Shown here: in pieces, positions 1-7,387 of the stretch
Position numbering within the stretch: position 1 is the stretch's first letter
Layout: every line of letters begins with the position of its first letter
Source of the DNA: a virus
IMG/VR virus record: IMGVR_UViG_3300045988_104068
Strand: one strand, 5' to 3'
Length of the DNA stretch: 37,769 nt
Translations under genes and position numbers: made by a program
Notes under the pieces: generated by a model
What the model was told of the DNA's origin: nothing
What the model saw: only the letters and a program-made list of their open reading frames with translations
The model's database searches: none

Positions 1-58
1 CGAGGTGCGCACCACGCCCACAAGCTCCGGACCCCAGAGGGCACGCATGGGCTCCAGC
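1..58. repeat. Terminal overlap, copy 1 (circularisation overlap)
   Basis: Exact 58-nt identity with 37712..37769 (cgaggtgcgcaccacgcccacaagctccggaccccagagggcacgcatgggctccagc). Confidence 0.95.
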
Positions 59-252
59 ACGTTGCGTTCCAGCGTGCCGAGGGTGTTGCCCAGCATGACG
101 CAAAGGCCCTCGTCCCGGGCCGCGCAGATGCGCTTGGGGATGGTAACAGCGCAGTCCAGATAGGTCTTGCCGGAGCGGGTGGCCCCAGTCTTGACGTTCC
201 AGCGGTGGGAGCAATTGCGAAGGAACTCCTGCTGAAACTCAGTCAATGGCAC
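1..252 (-). CDS. terL: Terminase large subunit, N-terminal part (5' end of the gene whose remainder is 36707..37711, joined across the circular junction)
   Basis: Reverse complement reads (V)PLTEFQQEFLRNCSHRWNVKTGATRSGKTYLD...EPMRALWGPELVGVVRTS with Walker A GATRSGKT. GTG at 252 follows GGGAGGTG. The C-terminal residues overlap the start of ORF 36707..37759. Confidence 0.9.
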   Translation of the reverse strand, partial: MPLTEFQQEFLRNCSHRWNVKTGATRSGKTYLDCAVTIPKRICAARDEGLCVMLGNTLGTLERNVLEPMRALWGPELVGVVRTS

Positions 253-625
253 TGTCCACACCTCCCAGCAGCTTGCGAGCCGCTTCCAGTGCATCCGCCG
301 CCGGGTCCTCCTGCACGGTCTCCTCGCCCAGCATCTTCAGCAGCACCCCGGCGGCACGGGCATCACCGCGCTTCGCGGCTTCAGTAATGCCCATGACCAC
401 CGACATCTGATTGTCGATGTCCTCATTGTCCACCTCGTCCCGCAGCAGGGCATTCACCCGGCGGAGGTCGGTCTCCGGCAGGCTGAGATAGTAGTCGGCC
501 GCTTCTTTCATGCTGCGCTTGCGGCGGCGGGCCGCACCGGAAGCAATGCCGCCCTTCTGGGCGATCTGTCTCTGTTCGCTCTCCGTTCGTTCGTTGAACG
601 GGATGAGATTTTCTTCGTTGGCCAC
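239..625 (-). CDS. terS: Terminase small subunit (putative)
   Basis: 128 aa with a basic KGGIASGAARRRKRS segment. It lies immediately upstream of terL and its stop overlaps the terL start. GTG start follows AGAGGTGG. Confidence 0.7.
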   Translation of the reverse strand: MANEENLIPFNERTESEQRQIAQKGGIASGAARRRKRSMKEAADYYLSLPETDLRRVNALLRDEVDNEDIDNQMSVVMGITEAAKRGDARAAGVLLKMLGEETVQEDPAADALEAARKLLGGVDSAID

Positions 626-645
626 GTCACCACCTCTCTTGCCGT

Positions 646-681
646 AAAATCAAAAAGCCGCCCGGAAGATCCGAACGGCGG
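646..681 (-). terminator. Intrinsic terminator-like hairpin directly upstream of terS
   Basis: Minus strand CCGCC-GTT-CGG-ATCTT-CCG-GGCGG followed by CTTTTTGATTTTAC. The U-tract ends about 18 nt before the terS start codon. Confidence 0.6.
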
Positions 682-687
682 GATATT

Positions 688-751
688 CAAAAAAATAAGC
701 AGCGCCCGTGCATTCAGTTCGTTGGACATGCGTCAAACGGTGGGCGCTGCT
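688..751 (-). terminator. Terminator-like long hairpin (tandem with 646..681)
   Basis: 10-bp stem AGCAGCGCCC/GGGCGCTGCT enclosing an inner hairpin GTTTGAC-GCAT-GTCCAAC, followed by TTATTTTTTTG on the minus strand. Confidence 0.5.
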
Positions 752-820
752 GCATCCGGAACTTTCGCGGCCAGATGCCCCGCTATGCTTTGCACAGCCG
801 TCCCCCGACTGTACATTGCA

Positions 821-896
821 TGGCGCTCTGGGCAGGCCTTGAACCTGCAACCTACGGTTTTGGAGACCATCGCTCTGCCAATTGAGCTACCAGAGT
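821..896 (-). tRNA. tRNA-Trp(CCA): tRNA-Trp (anticodon CCA)
   Basis: 76-nt cloverleaf: D arm GCTC/GAGC, anticodon stem ATGGT/ACCGT with loop CTCCAAA, T arm GCAGG-TTCAAGG-CCTGC, CCA encoded. Position 1:72 is an A.C mismatch. Confidence 0.85.
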
Positions 897-900
897 AAAA

Positions 901-970
901 AGCCGCCCTTGGAATCGAACCAGCCGTGTCTACACACACGCGCCGCGCTCCAAATTGCGCTCAGGCGGCC
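901..970 (-). ncRNA. tRNA-like element, possible pseudo-tRNA or non-canonical tRNA
   Basis: Acceptor GGCCGCC/GGCGGCT, D arm GCGC-AATTTGGA-GCGC, T loop GGTTCGATTCC. The anticodon arm is CGTGT-GTGTAG-ACACG (6-nt loop, or 4 bp with an 8-nt loop) and the molecule is about 4 nt short of a canonical tRNA. Confidence 0.4.
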
Positions 971-971
971 A

Positions 972-1004
972 TATAAAAACAGCTCCGGTTCTCCGCCGGG
1001 GCTG
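972..1004 (-). terminator. Intrinsic terminator inside the tRNA-like cluster
   Basis: Minus strand CAGCCCCGG-cggagaa-CCGGAGCTG (one mismatch) followed by TTTTTATAT. Confidence 0.6.
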
Positions 1005-1122
1005 TTGGTTGGCGCACATCCTGTCAGGAAAGCTACACCTTGGCAAGGATTCTAAGGTCTTTTCTTGGCACGGGAGGTTGCACGTGCGGCCTTGCGGGTT
1101 GTCTAGTCCATGCGCCATACGG

Positions 1123-1193
1123 TGCGATACGGCGGAATCGAACCGCCTCCTGTCTCTCATGAGCGGCAGGCTGCCTTTGTTTCAATGTATCGC
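1123..1193 (-). ncRNA. tRNA-like element (acceptor/T-arm minihelix with aberrant core)
   Basis: GCGATAC...GGCGG-TTCGATT-CCGCC-GTATCGC-A gives a perfect acceptor and T arm. There is no canonical D arm, and the central hairpin CCTGCCGCTCATGAGAGACAGG contains CTCATGA but has no 5-7-5 anticodon arm. Confidence 0.35.
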
Positions 1194-1401
1194 ATAGAGC
1201 AGTCCGCGAAACGGAAGAGAGAAAAATGCATGCAAAGCCAAAAGGAGGAAATTATCATGGAGGTTCGTTTCGGAGACTGCGTAGAAGCGGCGCTCCGCTG
1301 TGCGCGGTTCCGCTTGTACTGATTTTACCTTACTGCGCCCCGTTTCGGGAGTGCCGGGACATCACAAAATAAACGGTGCCTTTCTATGCAATTTGTACAA
1401 T

Positions 1402-1881
1402 TCATACAGTGCTGAAGTCTGACCAGATCTCTGCAAGAGCTTTGCAACCCCGGTTAATACGCTTCCGGACAATATCAACACCGGAAACCCCTGTTTCATC
1501 GGCAATCTGATCCTGCGTTTTTCCATTAACGTAAAAATCTACGATCGCATTTGCACACTCTGTAGCAACGACAAGGCAATATGCCCGCTTTGTTGCCTCG
1601 TTCTGCAACGCTGTCAGCCGCTTCACCATCTCCCGATACCGCGTCTGTTCCTCAATGATATCCACAGCAGCATTACCGATTTTGTCTCCGTTTCCTGACG
1701 CAGTAGGCATACCGGAAAGGTTCTGCGTAATCTTTGTAGCGCTGCCATAGATCCTGTGAATACGTTCAAGTTGCCTATCCACGTCTATCTTGTAGTCCCT
1801 GCACTGTTGAAACCATGCCTTGACATCGCGGTAGTCTACACCGTCTCGCTTTTCATTTTCAGGTGCACATGTGAAGACCAT
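1402..1881 (-). CDS. Sigma-70 region-4-like phage late transcriptional regulator (DUF1492/ArpU-type, putative)
   Basis: 159 aa. C-terminal HTH QIADETGVSGVDIVRKRINRGCKALAEIW resembles sigma region 4. It is the last gene before the packaging module. RBS AAAGGAG. Confidence 0.6.
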   Translation of the reverse strand: MVFTCAPENEKRDGVDYRDVKAWFQQCRDYKIDVDRQLERIHRIYGSATKITQNLSGMPTASGNGDKIGNAAVDIIEEQTRYREMVKRLTALQNEATKRAYCLVVATECANAIVDFYVNGKTQDQIADETGVSGVDIVRKRINRGCKALAEIWSDFSTV

Positions 1882-2422
1882 CTTTTTTCTCCTTTACTCC
1901 CTCCAAAAATAGCAACACTCCGGGCGCTGCGAACGGGACGCGGTACTCCGCCAAATCAGCAGGGGTGATGTACTTTCGGCCAAACAGGCGCTTCATGTCC
2001 TTCCAGACGGCCCACGGGACGCGGTAGAAAGCCCTGCCGCTAAATGAGCATAGTACAAAGGCGACACCTCCGAGGGCTTCTGTGCGGCTCAGACGGAGCG
2101 ATTGTGCGGCCAACACACGATCAAAGGTCAGCCGGTCACTGTCAGTGTGCTTTGCTTCAAAATTGATGGCTCTTCCGCCTTTGAGAATGCCTTTGTAGTC
2201 CGGCTGGGCCTGTTTCGTGTAGCAGGCAAGGAACCGGCCAGCACGGTCCGGGCTTCCAATCGGGCGCATCGGCTCCGGTGTTTTTTCGATGTCTGCAAGG
2301 CCGATGGATCTGTAATAGGCGCAGGCATTGTCAATGATGCTTTCAAAGCCAGCGCCCTCTGCGCGGCTTCGGGCACCGGTATAGCTGCGGCGAATACTGG
2401 CCGCCGTTCTTCGGTTATCCAT
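1859..2422 (-). CDS. recU: RecU-like Holliday junction resolvase
   Basis: 187 aa with PDYKGILKGGRAINFEAKHT, matching the RecU D-x-G...FE-x-K catalytic pattern. Confidence 0.75.
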   Translation of the reverse strand: MDNRRTAASIRRSYTGARSRAEGAGFESIIDNACAYYRSIGLADIEKTPEPMRPIGSPDRAGRFLACYTKQAQPDYKGILKGGRAINFEAKHTDSDRLTFDRVLAAQSLRLSRTEALGGVAFVLCSFSGRAFYRVPWAVWKDMKRLFGRKYITPADLAEYRVPFAAPGVLLFLEGVKEKKDGLHMCT

Positions 2423-2999
2423 TGCTCAATTCCTCCACATAGCACCAGCTTTGGGGCGGACGACGGAGTCTAAGGCCATCCAGTCCATAGCAAAATGCGC
2501 AGTGTACATCTTTCTTCTTGCCAATTGCGCATTTCTTGCACCACAGTTCGTTTTCCTCGACAGCACGGTGAAAGCACATGATGTCTTTCGGCTGATTATA
2601 AATTTTCAGGTCAGAGATGTGCCAGCCGTAGCCATTACGACCTTGCAGATATTTTTTAGCGGCTGCTTCGGTCAGACAGGCAGCTTGAAGCAGTTCGCCA
2701 GCTGGTTTATACCACCCGTCCAATGTCAAAATGTTTATGTCCATCATCGTTCCGACGTGGACGAGCTTGTCGATTTTATCGCATGTAAACTCGCCAATGA
2801 TATTGCCATCCAACCGCCGCCATCCTTTGCCCGGGACAATTAGGAGCCAGCCTATTTTGGATTTGCTTTTCGTGCAATAGACATAGCACTTAAATGGAGT
2901 CTCCAGCTTCGGGCTGGTCCTGCGCACCTCAAGGGTCTTTTGCCTCCGAATGATGAGGTCGCACCATTCAGGCCGGATACTCAAAAGGACTGCTTTCAT
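2415..2999 (-). CDS. ASCH (PUA-like) domain protein with C-terminal Cys cluster
   Basis: Starts MKAVLLSIRPEWCDLIIRRQKTLEVRR (ASCH-type N-terminus) after GGGAGAGG. Ends with CKKCAIGKKKDVHCAFC. The upstream part of the 285-aa track ORF overlaps the lipoprotein gene in another frame. Confidence 0.65.
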   Translation of the reverse strand: MKAVLLSIRPEWCDLIIRRQKTLEVRRTSPKLETPFKCYVYCTKSKSKIGWLLIVPGKGWRRLDGNIIGEFTCDKIDKLVHVGTMMDINILTLDGWYKPAGELLQAACLTEAAAKKYLQGRNGYGWHISDLKIYNQPKDIMCFHRAVEENELWCKKCAIGKKKDVHCAFCYGLDGLRLRRPPQSWCYVEELSNG

Positions 3000-3015
3000 G
3001 CTCGTACCTCTCCCT

Positions 3016-3366
3016 TCAGTAATACTCGATCTCCACCAGAGATGTGGATACCAGCTCAAATCGGCCATCTCCAAGAGGGATTTGCAGGAGCTGATACTCA
3101 CGCTCAGCAGATAGCTTTGAGTCAGGAAGCAGCTCGCCAAAGTCCTCCACGGTAATGGTGTACTTCGGCTTACGCCTACCGGCATAGCCAACTTTTTCAA
3201 TTGCCGGGGAGTAGACCGTGACATGGTAGCAGGGGTGGTCAGCAGTTTCAGCTTCAGTTTTAGTTTCAGCATCAGCAGATGTCGAACTACAGGATGTAAA
3301 CCACAGCGTCACAATCAGCAATGCTGCTGACACGATAAAGCAGGCCATTCTCTTTTCGGTTTTCAT
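3016..3366 (-). CDS. Lipoprotein, function unknown
   Basis: Signal peptide plus lipobox MKTEKRMACFIVSAALLIVTLWFTSC, followed by an acidic ETKTEAET low-complexity linker. Confidence 0.7.
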   Translation of the reverse strand: MKTEKRMACFIVSAALLIVTLWFTSCSSTSADAETKTEAETADHPCYHVTVYSPAIEKVGYAGRRKPKYTITVEDFGELLPDSKLSAEREYQLLQIPLGDGRFELVSTSLVEIEYY

Positions 3367-3382
3367 GCTTCACTTCGCCTCC

Positions 3383-3577
3383 TCAAAAATCCCAGTCGTC
3401 GGGGACATACAAACGGCACTCTCCATCCCCGTTGTCGCTGGTCGGTTTATCAAACGGGCAGCCCGGGCAACCATTTCCGACTGCTAAGTGGCAATGGCAA
3501 AAATCCATCAAATAATGGGCCATGTCCTCCGGCCTCATAGTGTCGGTTTCAGGGTTAGATTTCGCTTGATCATTCAT
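3383..3577 (-). CDS. Small Cys/His-rich hypothetical protein
   Basis: MNDQAKSN... with FCHCH...GCPGCP...C. ATG follows GGAGGGG and overlaps the upstream stop. Confidence 0.6.
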   Translation of the reverse strand: MNDQAKSNPETDTMRPEDMAHYLMDFCHCHLAVGNGCPGCPFDKPTSDNGDGECRLYVPDDWDF

Positions 3578-3734
3578 CGTCGCCCCTCCAATACTCCACA
3601 AAATAGGTCAAAGTAGATTTGCCGCTGCGCTTTTCCTTTCCCACGCGGACGGTGTAGCCGTTCATCGACAGGATGACAACCAGCGCTTTCCGGTCCTCCA
3701 CCTTGTCGCAGTCGATCTTGTAATGCTGTGCCAT
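3570..3734 (-). CDS. Hypothetical protein (54 aa)
   Basis: MAQHYKIDCDKVEDRK...; TAATG overlap with the upstream gene indicates translational coupling. Confidence 0.55.
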   Translation of the reverse strand: MAQHYKIDCDKVEDRKALVVILSMNGYTVRVGKEKRSGKSTLTYFVEYWRGDDE

Positions 3735-3964
3735 TACCTGTACTCCTTTCCGGTGGCCTTGTCCCTCAGCGGGATGCGGCCTATGATCTCGAACCCTGCC
3801 CACTCGGCCACCTGCCGAAGCAGGGGCACGAGGAGGCTGATTTGCAGCAGTTTGGCAGCTTCCTTCTGCCGCTCATCCTTCTGCATGCTGCGGAAAGCTG
3901 CGCAGGGGGTCGGATCTGCATAATGCTCGGCGTTCCGGCTCATGTTGTCATTGCTCATGTTCAA
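3734..3964 (-). CDS. Hypothetical protein (76 aa)
   Basis: ATGA overlap with the stop of the helicase-methylase gene; same-strand operon context. Confidence 0.6.
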   Translation of the reverse strand: MNMSNDNMSRNAEHYADPTPCAAFRSMQKDERQKEAAKLLQISLLVPLLRQVAEWAGFEIIGRIPLRDKATGKEYR

Positions 3965-6477
3965 GCTCCATTCTCCAACAGGTCAAACAGAGTGGGTGCA
4001 TCCTTTTCTGCATCCGCAGATTCCAGATAGCCCACGCCGTCACGGAAATAATCCGGGTTCAGCTCCACGCCCTTGCCTCTGCGGTTCATCTTCACGGCCT
4101 CATACGGCACAGTGAACAGCCCCGCAAAGGGGTCAGCTACCAGCTCGCCCTCGTTGCTGTACCGCTCAATCAGGCGCTGCACGATGTCGATCTGAAGCGG
4201 GCAAACGTGGAGGTTCTGCCGCCGCTGGCTCTGGGTGGTGTTTAGGGTGCGCATCCGGTTGATATCGTCCCAGACGGTCATGTCCCACGAGCCGGGAGCG
4301 ACCACCATGAACGTGGACGGCAAACGGCCATCCTTGTCCAGACTTTCCGCGAGCTTGACGTGTTCCTCGTAGGAGTAGACGCTGTTCCGGCTGAACTTGC
4401 GGTATACGTTTTGCAGCTTGGAGGTCGGGATTTTTTCCAGTTCCTCGCGGGTGAAAGGCCGGTCGCCGCTGCTGCGCCAGAATGCGTGAGCGTCAATTTG
4501 CCACTGGGCGCGGGTGTATTCCTCTTTGGACTTCTTCACCGGCGTATCGGCATATCCACGGCTGCAATCGGTGGGCAGCTTGCGGAATAGCAGGATGTAT
4601 TCTGGGCAGCCAACACCCATCTTCGTGCCGTCCTTGCACTGCTCCGTCCATCCCAGACGGTAGGTCTGGTTATTCTCCCGGACAACGTCCGTGACAACCG
4701 TAATCATTCCGAAATAGGCGAACCCATGCTTCCGGAAATGAGCGATACAGTCCGCGTGAAACGGCTCAATGGTCGGCGCTGCAAGGCCGGTGACGTTGGC
4801 GAACTCCACGCGATCTTTCACATGGATTGCAGCCACGCGACCCGGCTTCAGGGTGCGCAGCAGTTCCGGGGTCAGATAGTCCATCTGACGGAAGAACTCT
4901 GCATCATCCGGGTTATGGCCGAAGTCATTGTACGAGGGCGAATATTCGTAATGGTTGCCGAACGGGATACTAGTCACATACAGGTCAATGCTGTCCGTTG
5001 GCCAGTTCCGGACTTCTTCCACACAGTCGTTGTTGATGGCCGTGTAATTGTTTCCCTTGACTTCCACTCTCTCACATCCTATCGTTCTCTTCAGGGTCTC
5101 AAGCGCAAGGCTACCGAGACCGTATTCTTTGATGATTTCCTCCATCTGCTCGCTCAGTTCATCGTACTGTCTCCACTTGCGTTGCAGCGCCAGCAGCACC
5201 TCCGTCTCCGTGTCCATGTACAGGATGTCGATGATGACCGGGGACTTTTGCAGGAAACGGTAGATGCGGTGAATGGCTTGAATGAAGTCGTTGAACTCGT
5301 AGTCGATGCCCATGAAAATGGCGCGGTGGCAATGGCGCTGGAAATTGCAGCCGGAACCGGACAGGCTTTTCTTGGTTCCGAAGATGCGGGTGCGGCCCTG
5401 TGCGAAGTCCATGACCCGCTGCTCTCTGGTTTCCAGCTCCATGCTGCCGTAGATATCGACCATCTCCGGCACGGCCTTTTTGAGCGCCTTGCGCTCGTCC
5501 TCCAAATCGTGCCAGACCACAAAATGCTCGTCCGGCGGTGCCTCCGCAATGATGCGGGCTACCTCGGCGGCGCGAATATCGATGCTGTCCCTTTTCTCCT
5601 TGGCTGCATCCGACAAGCCCATGGCGGCATCATGGCCGAGCTTCATCTGGCCGTCCGCTTCAAATTCGGCGGGCCGGTCAAGGCTGTTCAGCTTGTGGTA
5701 TCGGATATCCATCGGCGGCAGTGAATAGCCGTCATCCGAGAATCCGAGGTCGCTCGGCTTTTGCAGGAAAAGGCCCCAACTGGCGCACCAGATCCAGAAC
5801 TCGCGCTCGCGGCCAGGATACAAGGTCAGATTGTTGGCCTTGGTGCTGTCCCTCTTGAAAAAGCGGGTCAACGCCTGTCCGGTGTCCATCACTTCCAGAA
5901 AGCCCGCATAGTGAATCAGCTCTTTGAACCGGTTCGGGGCCGGGGTCGCGGTGTTTGTCAGCTTATATTTCACGCCCTTGAACTTGAGCATGAAGCTCTG
6001 GTAGGTCTTGCTGCCGAAGCTGCGCAGCGTTGCAGCCTCGTCCAGACTGACCGCCGTGAAGCGGTGCGGGTCAATATCGCCATCGCGAACCCTCTCGTAG
6101 TTGGTCAGGATGATGGGGGCCGTGCTGGCCTCCACCTCGGCCATGGTCTTGCAGTAGGGCGGTTCTTCCATGCCCAGCAGATTGACCGCATCTGCCCGGA
6201 ACTCCGGCATTACGTTCAGCGGCATCACAATGAGTGTCTGGCCTCCCTCGTGCTTCTGAAGGATTCTGCACCATTCCAGCTGCATGACCGTCTTGCCCAG
6301 ACCGAAGCGGGCAAAGATGCTGCGCCGACCGCCGCGCAGCGCCCACAGGACGCTCACGCGCTGGTGATCTTTCAGCACCGGGTTGACCTCTGCGGGGTCA
6401 ATCTCAATGCCTGACAGGGGCGCAATGTCGATTTTGCGCTCCAAAAATTCTTTGTATGTCACGTTTTCATCTCCCAT
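3961..6477 (-). CDS. SNF2/DEAD-like helicase fused to a beta-class N6A/N4C DNA methyltransferase
   Basis: Starts MGDENVTYKEFLERK. Helicase motifs: FGLGKT (motif I), SLDEAA (motif II), and a C-terminal helicase lobe (GSGCNFQ...IHRIYRFLQ). Methylase motifs follow: motif IV-like VTSIPFG and later motif I-like LVADPFAGLFT. Confidence 0.8.
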   Translation of the reverse strand: MGDENVTYKEFLERKIDIAPLSGIEIDPAEVNPVLKDHQRVSVLWALRGGRRSIFARFGLGKTVMQLEWCRILQKHEGGQTLIVMPLNVMPEFRADAVNLLGMEEPPYCKTMAEVEASTAPIILTNYERVRDGDIDPHRFTAVSLDEAATLRSFGSKTYQSFMLKFKGVKYKLTNTATPAPNRFKELIHYAGFLEVMDTGQALTRFFKRDSTKANNLTLYPGREREFWIWCASWGLFLQKPSDLGFSDDGYSLPPMDIRYHKLNSLDRPAEFEADGQMKLGHDAAMGLSDAAKEKRDSIDIRAAEVARIIAEAPPDEHFVVWHDLEDERKALKKAVPEMVDIYGSMELETREQRVMDFAQGRTRIFGTKKSLSGSGCNFQRHCHRAIFMGIDYEFNDFIQAIHRIYRFLQKSPVIIDILYMDTETEVLLALQRKWRQYDELSEQMEEIIKEYGLGSLALETLKRTIGCERVEVKGNNYTAINNDCVEEVRNWPTDSIDLYVTSIPFGNHYEYSPSYNDFGHNPDDAEFFRQMDYLTPELLRTLKPGRVAAIHVKDRVEFANVTGLAAPTIEPFHADCIAHFRKHGFAYFGMITVVTDVVRENNQTYRLGWTEQCKDGTKMGVGCPEYILLFRKLPTDCSRGYADTPVKKSKEEYTRAQWQIDAHAFWRSSGDRPFTREELEKIPTSKLQNVYRKFSRNSVYSYEEHVKLAESLDKDGRLPSTFMVVAPGSWDMTVWDDINRMRTLNTTQSQRRQNLHVCPLQIDIVQRLIERYSNEGELVADPFAGLFTVPYEAVKMNRRGKGVELNPDYFRDGVGYLESADAEKDAPTLFDLLENGA

Positions 6478-6490
6478 ATATTGCGAGCCG

Positions 6491-6778
6491 TTACGCTTTG
6501 GCTCTCCCCACAAAAACGCCCGAAAACAGGCGGTTCCCGATTGTGTAGTGATAATACCTGTGTCCGTCCGGAATGGTTTCTTCCGTGCCATCTGCCGGTC
6601 TGAGCACCATCGGATGACCAGCGACCTGAACGACATACTCACCGCCCTGCACAAGCCGCTGCATCCAGCTTTCTGCAGGTGTAGCATCAACCCGGCTTCC
6701 ATCCATGCAGCAGACCGCTACGGCAGGCGGAACAGGGGACAGCATCGTGAAAAGTGAAAGCTGTTCGACTTCAATCAC
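6491..6778 (-). CDS. Hypothetical protein (95 aa)
   Basis: GTG start 6 nt after AGGAGG, GTGA overlap with the upstream gene. Sequence ...GGEYVVQVAGHPMVLRP...YYHYTIGNRLFSGVFVG. Only the 3' third of the 228-aa track ORF is credible. Confidence 0.55.
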   Translation of the reverse strand: MIEVEQLSLFTMLSPVPPAVAVCCMDGSRVDATPAESWMQRLVQGGEYVVQVAGHPMVLRPADGTEETIPDGHRYYHYTIGNRLFSGVFVGRAKA

Positions 6779-6960
6779 GGCGCACCTCCTACTTTGTAGA
6801 TCAGAGCCACAGCAAGCATCCAAATCATAAAAGCGGTAGTTGCTGCAAGAGCTATGGGGTGATCGCGCAGCAGCCAGACAAGCGCATAGCAGACTGCCAT
6901 AATAGCTGCAACAACAGCAACCATAAATGTTGCGACAAACATTGCGAATCCTAATGTCAT
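6775..6960 (-). CDS. Small membrane protein (two hydrophobic segments)
   Basis: MTLGFAMFVATFMVAVVAAIMAVCYALVWLL...TTAFMIWMLAVALIY; ATGA coupling to the upstream gene. Confidence 0.65.
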   Translation of the reverse strand: MTLGFAMFVATFMVAVVAAIMAVCYALVWLLRDHPIALAATTAFMIWMLAVALIYKVGGAP

Positions 6961-7295
6961 AAGTTCTCCTTCGGAAGTTCAGGCATCGGCATCCAAAGAG
7001 GAAAAGTATCCGGTGCACCTGCCACAAAATCCCACTTTGCGGCCTGTGCTGCCTTTGCCCAACGATAAAATGCGATGACCTTTCCGTATGCAGCATCATT
7101 TTCTGTCGGCGGCTCTTCTGCGGTCTTGCGCCAGCGCTGGGCATCCGGGACGACTGCCGGTTCATCTTCCAGCACATCCATTGCGTCCATAATCTGACAC
7201 GCGCGGCATCTTACGCCGTTGTAATGTTCGCAGCCACAGCAATATGCCGCTTTGATGTTTGCAATGGCTTTTTCACGGTCGATAAATTCACTCAT
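6957..7295 (-). CDS. Hypothetical Cys-rich protein
   Basis: 112 aa, CCGCEHYNGVRCRAC cluster, RBS GGAGGGAG. Confidence 0.65.
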   Translation of the reverse strand: MSEFIDREKAIANIKAAYCCGCEHYNGVRCRACQIMDAMDVLEDEPAVVPDAQRWRKTAEEPPTENDAAYGKVIAFYRWAKAAQAAKWDFVAGAPDTFPLWMPMPELPKENL

Positions 7296-7387
7296 TTTTC
7301 AATCTCCCTCCTTGTCAGTTCGCTCGCCAGCAACCTTGCCGCTTCACGGGGGGCAGCGGTGATATCGGCCTGCGATCCTTCCCCCCA

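Noticed and set aside
1-58. Terminal direct repeat as physical DTR or cos ends
   Set aside because: The repeat lies in the middle of the terL coding sequence and simply restores the reading frame. It is consistent with an assembly overlap of a circular or permuted genome, not with packaged termini.
752-820. Possible additional tRNA between tRNA-Trp and the tandem terminators
   Set aside because: The segment forms strong hairpins (GCTGTGC-AAA-GCATAGC; GCATCTGG-N11-CCGGATGC) but has no T-loop, D-loop or acceptor pairing. It is probably part of the structured leader, not a tRNA.
1257-1322. 21-codon plus-strand ORF (MEVRFGDCVEAALRCARFRLY) with a strong AAAGGAGGAAATTATCATG context
   Set aside because: It is isolated on the plus strand inside a minus-strand leader region. 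It is very short and Cys/Arg-rich, and the SD-like sequence may simply be the complement of a CCUCC element in the minus-strand RNA. I kept it only as a note.
3220-3272. Short periodic repeat (cagcttcagttttagtttcagc; track peptide MLKLKLKLKLL) that could suggest a tandem-repeat or CRISPR-like element
   Set aside because: It is the reverse strand of the ETKTEAET acidic linker of the lipoprotein gene. It has only a few short units and no spacer structure. No CRISPR array exists anywhere in the window.
6491-7177. 228-aa minus-strand ORF and the 913-aa version of the helicase ORF (3961..6702)
   Set aside because: The upstream parts overlap better-supported genes (6775..6960, 6957..7295 and 6491..6778) in other frames and read as low-complexity sequence. 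Internal starts with RBSs or coupling (6778 GTG, 6477 ATG) give sensible proteins.
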